25,870 bases of DNA, taken from the IMG/VR virus record IMGVR_UViG_3300025070_002727, positions 1 through 25,870 of that record, one strand, 5' to 3'. The stretch is from a virus (Duplodnaviria; Caudoviricetes). The notes below the pieces were generated by a model. That model did not search any database. It saw only the letters and a list, made by a program, of their open reading frames with translations, and had not been told where the DNA came from. Shown in pieces: positions 7,966 to 16,974 of this stretch (positions are counted from its first letter, which is position 1; every line of letters starts with the position of its first letter). The translations under genes and the position numbers were made by a program.

Positions 7966-10086
7966 TTAAGATCCTGCATAGTTACATTTTAAGTTACCTG
8001 TTGGACCACTTTTAAACTGTTTATTACCACAAGCACTATTATCTGAAAAGATTTGACCTATTAGACAAGATTGATACCCTGGGCAAACACCAAAGCAAGC
8101 AGTTCCTCCAGGACTAAGACATTGACATGCAGGAGAACAATTCAAAGTATAACAATTTCCACAAAAACCCATCCAGTAGAATTTAGAAAGACAAGTAACA
8201 CATGGGTAAATACAACTTGCTTTACATTCTCTAATAATACAGTAACCATTTTTACTACTGTCAAATGCTTTAAATATAACTGTGCAGTTTGCTGCATCAT
8301 TAGCAGGTGGATCAAAAGCAAAAGATAGACTTGTCCTTGAGGCACCTCTTCTAATAGTGTAAGGATTCATTACAATTTTACAAGTGTAAGGATCTTGATA
8401 AATATGTTCAGGTGTTCCTATTGAACCAGATAGAGTACCACCGTCAGGACATGCAACACAAGTTGGTGAATTTGCATAACATCCAGATCCACATATTTGT
8501 TTTAGTTCGTTTACGTATTGAGCAGGATAACAGTGCCATTCAAAATTACAAGGAGCAGTCCATACATGTTCAAGAAGACCACAGCAACAGTTTGATAGGA
8601 AGCTTGTGTACACTCTTAAATGGCAGTTATGATCTATAAGAACTCCAAGAATACTATAAGTTTGAGCTTGGTTACACCAAAATCTATAAACACAAGATTT
8701 TCCAGCACAACAATTATCACTGTAATTAAAATTAAAAATAGCTATTCTATTGGATGCACTGTTCCCATAACAACTAGGTATAAAAATAAACCTATCACAC
8801 CAAAAAACACCTTGCCTAATATAAGGAAAACAACCACCGTAACTATCTTGATAAGTGTTTGAGTTGTACCCTATAGTACTTTGGACAGGGCATTGAACGA
8901 GGTATGTACATTGAACACAAGCTGCATTTCCTCCATCACACAAACAATACTTTGCAAATCCTTGGAAGCAACCTCCAGTATAAAACGTAGCCATAACAAG
9001 CATTCTGTTAGCATAGTCGATATGTGGATAAAAATAATCCATGTATCCACCTAAAGAACCATCATACCGAGTATAAGCATAAGACTTTATGCAACCAGCA
9101 CTGGCTGCAAAACAACAGGTACAATCAAATACAGATTCTGGGCAAAAACCTACAGTAACAACTATATTATTTTGAAATAATTTACATATTTTATTAGCAC
9201 CAGAATTGTGGTATGCAGAACCACTTACTGAAATACCACAACAATGAACACCTGATGCAACAGTACCTGCGCCAGAATTTCCACAGTATGCAAATCTACC
9301 ATTTGTTAAAAATGCTTGTTTTGCCCAGCACACATCAGCACAGTTTGTAGAAATCTCATAGTTTCTAGTGAAAACTCTATAACAACCCCTTACATCATCA
9401 TTATCAACAAAACCTGGGAATAGTCGTAAACTACCAGTTCTAACATTATATAGAACCCTACCTTGACTACAAGATCCTACACAGAGACCTCCGTATGGAA
9501 ATGCAGAAGGAACAATCTTTGCAAAATTGCCTGATTGACCTTCAGGTCTAGTACAAGTACAATACATGTCTCCTGCTATTTCCATATGATAATCAGAAGT
9601 AACACTACCCTCACTAGTCTTAGCAGGAAGATTAGTTCTATCCCAAGCTAAATAAACACAATGGCCATTTGCTGAAGGATTAACTTGGCAACCACAGCAA
9701 ACGAATCTAGAGTATTCCCAAGTCTCATAAGTTCCAGAACCACCAAAAACTATACCTGTTGATGTTCGTCTATTAGTCCACCAAACTCCACCTGCACTTG
9801 TTTCTGGGCTATGTTCATGTGAAAATTTACCGACAATATATGGTGTTTCAATAACTTCTTCTCCACCTCCTACAGCAGCCCAGTCAGAACCATCATAAGA
9901 TAAAAGAGATCCTTCATCAGTATCAAAATACAAAGAACCAGTAGCAGGAGAACTTGGCCTACTGGCTGTATTTCCTGAGGGTGCATCAAGCTTTGTGCTT
10001 GCTGTAATACAACACGAGGTAACACAACAGGCACAGACGTTCCTGCTGTTATCGACCACCGTAGTGCCATTAATCTTATATGCCAT
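7966..10086 (-). CDS. Cysteine-rich putative distal tail fibre / receptor-binding protein (706 aa)
   Basis: N-terminal adaptor motif (APSGNTASRPSSPATGSLYFDTDEGSLLSYDGSDW) shared with the 71-aa neighbour. About 65 Cys by manual count. GGAG RBS. Directly downstream of the fibre genes. Confidence 0.7.
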   Translation of the reverse strand: MAYKINGTTVVDNSRNVCACCVTSCCITASTKLDAPSGNTASRPSSPATGSLYFDTDEGSLLSYDGSDWAAVGGGEEVIETPYIVGKFSHEHSPETSAGGVWWTNRRTSTGIVFGGSGTYETWEYSRFVCCGCQVNPSANGHCVYLAWDRTNLPAKTSEGSVTSDYHMEIAGDMYCTCTRPEGQSGNFAKIVPSAFPYGGLCVGSCSQGRVLYNVRTGSLRLFPGFVDNDDVRGCYRVFTRNYEISTNCADVCWAKQAFLTNGRFAYCGNSGAGTVASGVHCCGISVSGSAYHNSGANKICKLFQNNIVVTVGFCPESVFDCTCCFAASAGCIKSYAYTRYDGSLGGYMDYFYPHIDYANRMLVMATFYTGGCFQGFAKYCLCDGGNAACVQCTYLVQCPVQSTIGYNSNTYQDSYGGCFPYIRQGVFWCDRFIFIPSCYGNSASNRIAIFNFNYSDNCCAGKSCVYRFWCNQAQTYSILGVLIDHNCHLRVYTSFLSNCCCGLLEHVWTAPCNFEWHCYPAQYVNELKQICGSGCYANSPTCVACPDGGTLSGSIGTPEHIYQDPYTCKIVMNPYTIRRGASRTSLSFAFDPPANDAANCTVIFKAFDSSKNGYCIIRECKASCIYPCVTCLSKFYWMGFCGNCYTLNCSPACQCLSPGGTACFGVCPGYQSCLIGQIFSDNSACGNKQFKSGPTGNLKCNYAGS

Positions 10087-10116
10087 TTATATTCTCCGTC
10101 CTAAGACTATCGTGAA

Positions 10117-10332
10117 TCAAACCCATTCGGTTCCATTGTAAGCAACCAATGTTCCTTCATCAGTATCAAAGTAAAGTTGCCCTGTTGCTGGAGAGCCAGG
10201 TCTATTAGCTGTAGTGCCAGAAGGTGCAGTAAGGACGGTAGCTGTCACTATCGTCCCTTGCACTGATGGTGTTCCTGAAGGAATGTTTTTACTGTCGTCA
10301 ATAACAGTTGTGCCACTAACCTTTAGAGCCAT
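10117..10332 (-). CDS. Small tail-fibre adaptor-domain protein (71 aa)
   Basis: MALKVSGTTVIDDSKN...APSGTTANRPGSPATGQLYFDTDEGTLVAYNGTEW, a paralogue of the 706-aa N-terminus. GAGG RBS; overlaps the 3' end of the fibre gene. Confidence 0.75.
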   Translation of the reverse strand: MALKVSGTTVIDDSKNIPSGTPSVQGTIVTATVLTAPSGTTANRPGSPATGQLYFDTDEGTLVAYNGTEWV

Positions 10333-13300
10333 TCTCTAGTTCCTCTACTTTACCTTGTAGACACTTCACAGTTTCAATGAGTGCACCTACCAAGCCATTA
10401 TAGTTGACTGATTTGTAACCATCGTCATCTGTTGTAACAAGTTCTGGGAATGCTTCTTCTACTTCTTGAGCAACAACACCCATTGTGTACTTACCAGAAT
10501 CTTTCCAGTTATAGTTCACACCTCTGATCTGACCTAGTTTTGTGTAAGCATCTTCTACTGTAGCAATGTTGTCTTTGCATCTGCAGTCAGAAGTAGAGTT
10601 GAAGTCAGTGAAGCAAGCTGTTGTACCTCTGGTTGTAACACCACAAACAACATTTGTCTTTAGACAGCACTCTACACAGTGGCAGTTCTCTGTTCTTGCA
10701 CCATAAGATGTAGTGCAAAGCATACCACTACCATTATAATGTAGGCATGTACCTGCATTACATGTGGCTTTTAAATACCATTCATTTGTAGTATCATTAT
10801 AAATTCCTGCATCAGTGCCGTTTGCCATAAAGACAGTGTGGTTTGCAATACTATATCCAGGCCAGTTACCATCACCCCCTACAACAGAGATAGAACCGTA
10901 GTCACCTGCTGATTGACAGATACATCTGCCACCTACTTTAAGCCAAGTAGTAGCACAGACTTCTGGGGCATTGACACAGGTTCCTGCTGCCAGACAAGTA
11001 CCTCTAAGGGCAGATGAAGCACAAACTACTGGTGCTTTTACACAGCAGTTAGCTCCTACACAAGTAGCTGCACACACACTACCTGCTGAGTATACGAATT
11101 GACCTCTAACACAATTTGCTGCACAAATACATGCACCACTAAAGTTGTTAGAGGTAGAACCATTTGTTGCAGCTTTACCTGACAAACATGTTGCTAGTCC
11201 ATCAACGTTAGCTACTGTGTGGTTGTGGCTATCGTCTGCAATAGTGAGGCTAAGGTTAGCATTACCAAGGTTTGTGAATGTAGCAGAACCTGTAGCATCT
11301 CCACAGATACAAAGTGTAGGATCAGAAGTAGCAGTTGTATTGACTGTGAAGTTACCTGAACCATCTACTGAGGTAGAACCTGTTACTGCTCCACAGACAC
11401 ACAGTGTTCTAGCTGTAGCCCAAGCACTTGCTGTGTCAGCATTACCAGTAACAGCACCTGTGACAGGAGCACATACTCTGGCAAAGGTTACTGTATCAGA
11501 TGTGCCTACTGCTTGTCCAATGTTAATTCCATTACCATCAACAGTAACACCTGTACCTGCATCAGCACTAAATGATGTTCCAGTAAGTGCAATACCATTA
11601 CCTGCTGAGTAGATAGAGGTCTCAGCAACTTCAGCAAATACAATGTTTGTAGTACCGAAAGTAATTGTACCTTGAGTACTTAAAACATCTAAGTGACCTG
11701 CATTTGTGTCACCTTCTTTGATAAAGAAAGCATCACCTTGTCCTAGTGCATCAGGATCAGATGGTGCTGAACTATCGGTATCTGTAGAACGAGTAAGAAC
11801 CCAGTTAGTAGAACCAGATCCTACAGTAGTAACTGTGTAAACACCATTTTCATAAGCATTAGTTTGTTCTGTAACAAGAACACGATCTGCACTTGAAAGT
11901 GCCACACCATCAATACTTATTGCAGCTTGGGTGCCGTTGTTAGTAAGTGTTGCCCCTACACCTGATGACCCATTGTCATACGTAGCAGATAAGCTGGCTG
12001 TTGTTTGAACACGAACAGGATCATGGTAGTGTAACCCTGCAGCAGCAATTGTATCAACGTACTCTTTGGTTGCAAGTTGGCAAGCTAAAGTTGGATTTGC
12101 TGAAACACAGACAGAACCAAAGCATACGTTGTCTGCTGTACCAACAGCCTGTCCAATAGCTATTGCACCAGATGTGTAAGTAACACCTGTACCACCTGAT
12201 AGGTGGCTGTCTACTCTAGCTGTTGTAAAGTACTGGTTTGTCCCCTCTGCTAGGTCATCTGTATCATGATTACCCAGTGTTGAAACACAACCAGTGACAT
12301 TACCAGTAACGTTACCTGTCAGTGTACCACAAAGGTTGGTAGCACAAATGTTTGCTACACCTGTAATACAGTTACTGTTAGCATCTAAATTTCCACCAAG
12401 GGTGGGGCTAGTATCATCAGAAATAGCAGTAAGAGCATCACCAAGGGTAAATGCTGCAGAGTTCCAAGCAGATCCTGTGTATACTTTTAGAGCATTGTCT
12501 GTAGTATTCCAGTATAATGCACCAGTAAGTAATCCATCTCCATCGTTGTCTACTGATGGGTCTGAAGCTTTATCACCAAGGTATCTGTCATCAAAGTCAT
12601 CGTAAGAAGTAGCTGCATTTGTTGCTGAAGTAGCAGCAGCAGTAGCTGAGTTACTTGCATTTGTTTCAGATGTAGCTGCAGCAGTTGCACTATTAGCAGC
12701 ACAAGTAGCTGAAGTGGCTGCATCTGTAGCTGACTGTAGAATACCGTCAACATAAGTCTTCGTAGTCAAATCAGCAGCATCAGTAGGTGTATAAGTCGTA
12801 GTGATTTTATTGGCACCCATATCAATAGTGCCAGTTACAGTACCACCAGAACAAGCTAGTCTTGTATCACGTTGAGTATCTGTGTATGTCTTTGTGGCTG
12901 CATCTTGTGCTAGAGTAGGATCACCTAGTCCTGTGATCTTTGATGTACCCATAGCAATAGCACCCGACATGGTTCCACCAGTCAGGTTTAGTTTTAGAGC
13001 ATCTTGTGTATCAACGTAACCCTTACGAGTCAATGTATCATCTGTAGCAGGTGTAGCTGTAGATGTAGCTTTGTTAGCACCAAGGGAAAGATCCCCTGAC
13101 ATAGTTCCACCTGCACATGCTAGTTTTGTACCTAAGCAAGTTGTAAGGGATGTATAGAAGTCTGCATCATTGTTGATAGCATCAGCTAGTTCACTCAGAG
13201 TATCAAGAGCACCAGGAGCACCACCAACTAGGTTACTGATTTGTTGGTCTACATAACACTTTGTACTTGCATCTCCATCAAGGGTTGGTGTCCCAAGAGA

Positions 13301-14638
13301 GGTAATTTTAGCAGAACCCATATCAAGCCCTGCTGTACCTGTCATGTTAATATCACAGAAAGTAGAAGTACCTACTGAAGTTACATCACCAGTCAAGTCA
13401 CCAGTCACGTTTCCTGTGACTGTACCTGTTACATCACCTGTTATATCTCCAACAAAGCAAGTATTGGCTGTGATGGTTGTGCCAGTTACAGCAGCAGGTG
13501 TTGTAGCACCAACTACACCATCAAAGTTTCCTGTGTGACAACCTACTGCATTACCATTTAGGTTGCCTGTTACATTACCTGAAACAGCACCAGTAACATC
13601 ACCTACGAAGCAAGTGTTAGCTGTAACTGTTGTACCTGTTATAGCACCTGCTGTAGTCCCACCAATAATAGCACCGTCAATAGTGCCCCCATTGATATCG
13701 ACTGAAGCAAAAGTACCCTGTCCTGTCGTACTAACTGTAGTAAAGCTACCTGCAGCAGCACTAGAAGCACCGATAACAGTCCCATCAATATTACCTGCAT
13801 TAATATCTACCGTAGCTAGAGTTGCTGTTCCTGTGGCAGAAAGACCTGGCACAGTTACTGTATCAGCAAAACCTGCAGCACCTGTAACACTCAGTGTACC
13901 TGCCAGTGTAGTATTTCCTGTAATTCCTGCAGTTCCACCAACAGTAAGGTTACCACTAGATCCTAAAGTTGTAAATTCACCAGAAGCAGCAGTCGTATTA
14001 CCAATTATAGTACCATCAATAGTACCACCATTAATGTCTGCTGTGTCAGCTACAAGGCTGTCAATATTTGCTGTTCCAGTAATGTAAGCATCATTCCACT
14101 CACTACCTGTAGCACCTAGATCATACGTTGCATCTGCAGAAGGGATAAGGTCTGAGGCAACATCAGCATTTACTGTAACAGTATCACTATCGTCACTACC
14201 AAGAGTAGTATTCCCATTAACGGTAAGGTTACCTGTAATAGTAGCATTCTCGTGAATCGCCAGAGTGTCGATATAACCCACACCATCAATGTAAAGATCT
14301 TTAAACTCAGCAGTCGGAGAACCCAGATCAATATCTTCATCAGTGACAGGAACAATAGCTCCATCTTGTATCCTTACCTGCTCTACTGCTGCACTACCAA
14401 CGTTAGTAAAGAAATTAATTCTGTTGTTAGCTGTATCAACAACAACTTTGCTGTACTGATTAGTGTCTGAAATTAGAGGAATGAGGCCACCTTCTCCAGT
14501 AGAAGTGCCATCATGTCTGTGACCTGTGCTTGCACTAAATGCTGCTACAAGCTGTTCAAATTCATTGTGTACTGGTTCAGCTTTAATAACCTGACCAGAA
14601 ACAATATCAGCAGCACTTTGTCTTGTATAACCTGCCAT
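10316..14638 (-). CDS. Long tail fibre with C-terminal intramolecular chaperone (peptidase S74-like)
   Basis: G/T/A-rich repeats (DINGGTIDG, VTGxVTG, GGTMSG...TKxYVD, SATAAATS). C-terminal SDxRxKDNI...GVVAQEVEEAFPELV...VNYNGLVGALIETVK coiled coil. About 47 Cys by manual count. Confidence 0.9.
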   Translation of the reverse strand: MAGYTRQSAADIVSGQVIKAEPVHNEFEQLVAAFSASTGHRHDGTSTGEGGLIPLISDTNQYSKVVVDTANNRINFFTNVGSAAVEQVRIQDGAIVPVTDEDIDLGSPTAEFKDLYIDGVGYIDTLAIHENATITGNLTVNGNTTLGSDDSDTVTVNADVASDLIPSADATYDLGATGSEWNDAYITGTANIDSLVADTADINGGTIDGTIIGNTTAASGEFTTLGSSGNLTVGGTAGITGNTTLAGTLSVTGAAGFADTVTVPGLSATGTATLATVDINAGNIDGTVIGASSAAAGSFTTVSTTGQGTFASVDINGGTIDGAIIGGTTAGAITGTTVTANTCFVGDVTGAVSGNVTGNLNGNAVGCHTGNFDGVVGATTPAAVTGTTITANTCFVGDITGDVTGTVTGNVTGDLTGDVTSVGTSTFCDINMTGTAGLDMGSAKITSLGTPTLDGDASTKCYVDQQISNLVGGAPGALDTLSELADAINNDADFYTSLTTCLGTKLACAGGTMSGDLSLGANKATSTATPATDDTLTRKGYVDTQDALKLNLTGGTMSGAIAMGTSKITGLGDPTLAQDAATKTYTDTQRDTRLACSGGTVTGTIDMGANKITTTYTPTDAADLTTKTYVDGILQSATDAATSATCAANSATAAATSETNASNSATAAATSATNAATSYDDFDDRYLGDKASDPSVDNDGDGLLTGALYWNTTDNALKVYTGSAWNSAAFTLGDALTAISDDTSPTLGGNLDANSNCITGVANICATNLCGTLTGNVTGNVTGCVSTLGNHDTDDLAEGTNQYFTTARVDSHLSGGTGVTYTSGAIAIGQAVGTADNVCFGSVCVSANPTLACQLATKEYVDTIAAAGLHYHDPVRVQTTASLSATYDNGSSGVGATLTNNGTQAAISIDGVALSSADRVLVTEQTNAYENGVYTVTTVGSGSTNWVLTRSTDTDSSAPSDPDALGQGDAFFIKEGDTNAGHLDVLSTQGTITFGTTNIVFAEVAETSIYSAGNGIALTGTSFSADAGTGVTVDGNGINIGQAVGTSDTVTFARVCAPVTGAVTGNADTASAWATARTLCVCGAVTGSTSVDGSGNFTVNTTATSDPTLCICGDATGSATFTNLGNANLSLTIADDSHNHTVANVDGLATCLSGKAATNGSTSNNFSGACICAANCVRGQFVYSAGSVCAATCVGANCCVKAPVVCASSALRGTCLAAGTCVNAPEVCATTWLKVGGRCICQSAGDYGSISVVGGDGNWPGYSIANHTVFMANGTDAGIYNDTTNEWYLKATCNAGTCLHYNGSGMLCTTSYGARTENCHCVECCLKTNVVCGVTTRGTTACFTDFNSTSDCRCKDNIATVEDAYTKLGQIRGVNYNWKDSGKYTMGVVAQEVEEAFPELVTTDDDGYKSVNYNGLVGALIETVKCLQGKVEELENGSKG

Positions 14639-16195
14639 TTATAATCTATCCCCCACTCCAAACGTCACAACAATGCCTTGGACACTGTGTGCAGCATTCG
14701 TGTCATTTGTAACATATCTAAAAGAAACTGATTTACCCGAACCTGAAACATTTACTCTTTGGACAGGAGAGGGGTTACCACTCCATATTGTTGTATTAGA
14801 AGGTTCATCGTAGATAGCCTCGTTATAGTAGGCTGCTGCACCTTCGTTTGTAAGAATAAAGTTGGTTGGGTTAAGAATGGTGGTATCATCATAGTCAAAG
14901 ATAACTGACATTATGATCTCGTTATCACCTTCTGATCTAAGGTAAGTAGCAACAGTATGAATAATCTTACGTTGCTCTGGATCTTGCATGTGCAAGAATG
15001 GTGTTTGGTAAAGGCTTACGATGTTATTACCACCGAAGCTGTTACCTGATTCCTGTCTATAAACTTTTCCTGAGGTATCCCCATGAATGACGTATTCTTC
15101 TTTGTCGATGTATCCACTGTCAGCACATGTAGCTTCAATGCCAATCATCTGACCAAACTCAAATCCAATTCCACCCTGTTGTCCTAAACGTAGGCCACCA
15201 AGTAGAGCAGCACCACTGTCTGTATTGTAGAACAATCTAAACTGAGATTTACCTCTGATGATTACAGAAGATACAGCATCCAGGTCATTGTTAAAGATAA
15301 CGTCAGAAACAAAAGATTGGATGTTCTTGGTTAGTGTTTCCAAGTTAACGTCACCAATCTTATCTGTACCTGAAATAGGTCTGATACCATCTTGTGATAA
15401 GAAGATTAGGTCACCACCAATCTCAATAACACTGTCTGATGCTAGGCATCCAAGGTCATCTGTTACGTGCTGTACAGCCCAGTCTGAGATATTGTTGCCT
15501 ACAATCCTTTTAATGTTGTTCGTACCAAACACAAACAAAGAATCACGAAATGGTTTGATTGCTACAACAGGAAAACCTACGTTAATTACACCAGCACCAT
15601 CTGCAGGTGACCACTTTGTTTCGTCTGTAGGTGCACTGAAGTAAACGTTATGAGGTTCAGCAGGATCACCTGCAAGCCACATGTGGTTCTTAAATACTGC
15701 AGCAAACTTAGGATCATCAGGAGCTTCTGTAGCTGTAATCTGTGTGTAAGTTGTACCATCGTAGGTAGCTGCAGGGTTTACACCATCTGTTAAAATAACT
15801 TTTGCTGTACCCCAGTTGAACCTAGTAAACCTTACTTTAGATACACCTGTCATTGTAGGTGAACCAGAAGTAGTCACTGCTGTCCAAGACTCTGCTGTAG
15901 CATCCCAATAGTGTAAGTAGTTATTACCTGTAGAAGGTTTACGTGCAGCAAGAATACCATCGTTAATACCAGCAGCTACTGCTACACCAAGAACACTGCC
16001 AGAGCTATCCCCAGGTACTGTGCCGTAGTCGTTGGTGTAACCACTTACACGTCTATACCCACCAGTAGTAGCAGGTTCGTAGTTAAGCAAAGAGATAGCA
16101 GAACCAGGTTGTGTTTCACCTTGTGACAACACGTCCCTGTTCAGGTTCAATCCACCCTGAGCAAATACTTTAAAGGAGCCTAAGTTGTCTGCCAT
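14639..16195 (-). CDS. Tail nozzle / tubular protein B-like (head-closure stabilisation protein)
   Basis: Lies after the adaptor. GGLN near the N-terminus and beta-propeller-like segments (VYFSAP, LFVFGTNNI, LGCLASDSV, LIFLSQDG). TAATG coupling with the upstream gene. Confidence 0.7.
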   Translation of the reverse strand: MADNLGSFKVFAQGGLNLNRDVLSQGETQPGSAISLLNYEPATTGGYRRVSGYTNDYGTVPGDSSGSVLGVAVAAGINDGILAARKPSTGNNYLHYWDATAESWTAVTTSGSPTMTGVSKVRFTRFNWGTAKVILTDGVNPAATYDGTTYTQITATEAPDDPKFAAVFKNHMWLAGDPAEPHNVYFSAPTDETKWSPADGAGVINVGFPVVAIKPFRDSLFVFGTNNIKRIVGNNISDWAVQHVTDDLGCLASDSVIEIGGDLIFLSQDGIRPISGTDKIGDVNLETLTKNIQSFVSDVIFNNDLDAVSSVIIRGKSQFRLFYNTDSGAALLGGLRLGQQGGIGFEFGQMIGIEATCADSGYIDKEEYVIHGDTSGKVYRQESGNSFGGNNIVSLYQTPFLHMQDPEQRKIIHTVATYLRSEGDNEIIMSVIFDYDDTTILNPTNFILTNEGAAAYYNEAIYDEPSNTTIWSGNPSPVQRVNVSGSGKSVSFRYVTNDTNAAHSVQGIVVTFGVGDRL

Positions 16196-16914
16196 TAGCT
16201 TACTCTACTCAAACCTACATTAGCTCTTTCAACTACTGTGGATCTTATTCTTAGAGGTTCGTCTACAAGAACTCTTCTCATAGACTTAATACCATCTTGG
16301 AACACGCCTTGGTGTACTGCAGCACTCTGCTCATTAGATCTAAATCTCATCATGTACATCATAGCACCATCAATGATTACATGTTTAAATCTATCAGGAA
16401 TAACTGTTACATCATCGTAAGCACTTAGGTCTGCAGGAAATGACCAGTACACATACTCAATTTCGTATGCTGCATCAGGAATAGGTGTTACACCAAACTT
16501 CTCTTCGTTTGTTTGATAAACAAGAGTAGGAGCAGATATACCTGTCTGATCTCCTGTGTCATCTCCTTGACGATACTTTTGAACATACTCGTCATAAGAA
16601 ATAACTTTCATAGCTGTAGGAATATTAGTCCCACCTGAAAGTTGTTTGATGTAGAAAGTCTGCCAGTCTGCCCTAGAGAAGTCAGATGGAAAGTCATACT
16701 CTCTTGTACCTGCAGTCAATGTCTGAGTGTACGTAGTTTTTAGGAAAGGCCATTCCTGACCTGTCTGTAAGATATTTCTAATGGAGTTATTTACAGCTTG
16801 TTTAGCTAGTGCCTGTACGTTACGTACATCAGTAAAGCCACTACCCCCTACAGCAAGGGTAACCTCGTTAAGTCTAGTTAGTAGTTCATTTACTAGTGTA
16901 ACGTAATTAACCAT
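16195..16914 (-). CDS. Head-tail adaptor / tail tubular protein A-like
   Basis: Follows the capsid gene. NYVTLVNELLTRLNE, WPFL, LTAGTREYDFPSDF, PIPDAAY and IPDRFKHVII are typical of podovirus adaptors. Confidence 0.7.
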   Translation of the reverse strand: MVNYVTLVNELLTRLNEVTLAVGGSGFTDVRNVQALAKQAVNNSIRNILQTGQEWPFLKTTYTQTLTAGTREYDFPSDFSRADWQTFYIKQLSGGTNIPTAMKVISYDEYVQKYRQGDDTGDQTGISAPTLVYQTNEEKFGVTPIPDAAYEIEYVYWSFPADLSAYDDVTVIPDRFKHVIIDGAMMYMMRFRSNEQSAAVHQGVFQDGIKSMRRVLVDEPLRIRSTVVERANVGLSRVS

Positions 16915-16937
16915 TACAAAAATCCTTCAGATAGCCT

Positions 16938-16961
16938 AAAGGGGCCAGTCGCCCAGCCCCT
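16938..16961 (-). terminator. Probable leaky intrinsic terminator after the major capsid gene
   Basis: Minus strand AGGGGCTGG-GCGA-CTGGCCCCT then TT: a GC-rich stem with a GNRA loop and a short U tract. Confidence 0.6.
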
Positions 16962-16974
16962 AAAGTTTTAAGTA

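Noticed and set aside
7966-10332. Diversity-generating retroelement acting on the fibre
   Set aside because: There is no reverse transcriptase in the window. The duplicated segment is N-terminal and its differences are not adenine-specific.
12600-14060. Short tandem-like repeats as a CRISPR array or VNTR
   Set aside because: They are degenerate coding repeats of fibre motifs (SATAAATS, VTGxVTG, DINGGTIDG) with no constant repeat-spacer structure.
7966-14638. Reassignment of TGT/TGC codons as the cause of the Cys excess
   Set aside because: Cys replaces several different residues (T, L, A, E), both codons are used, the excess is limited to two genes, and Cys occurs at expected family positions elsewhere (e.g. 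GLNC in the carbamoyltransferase).
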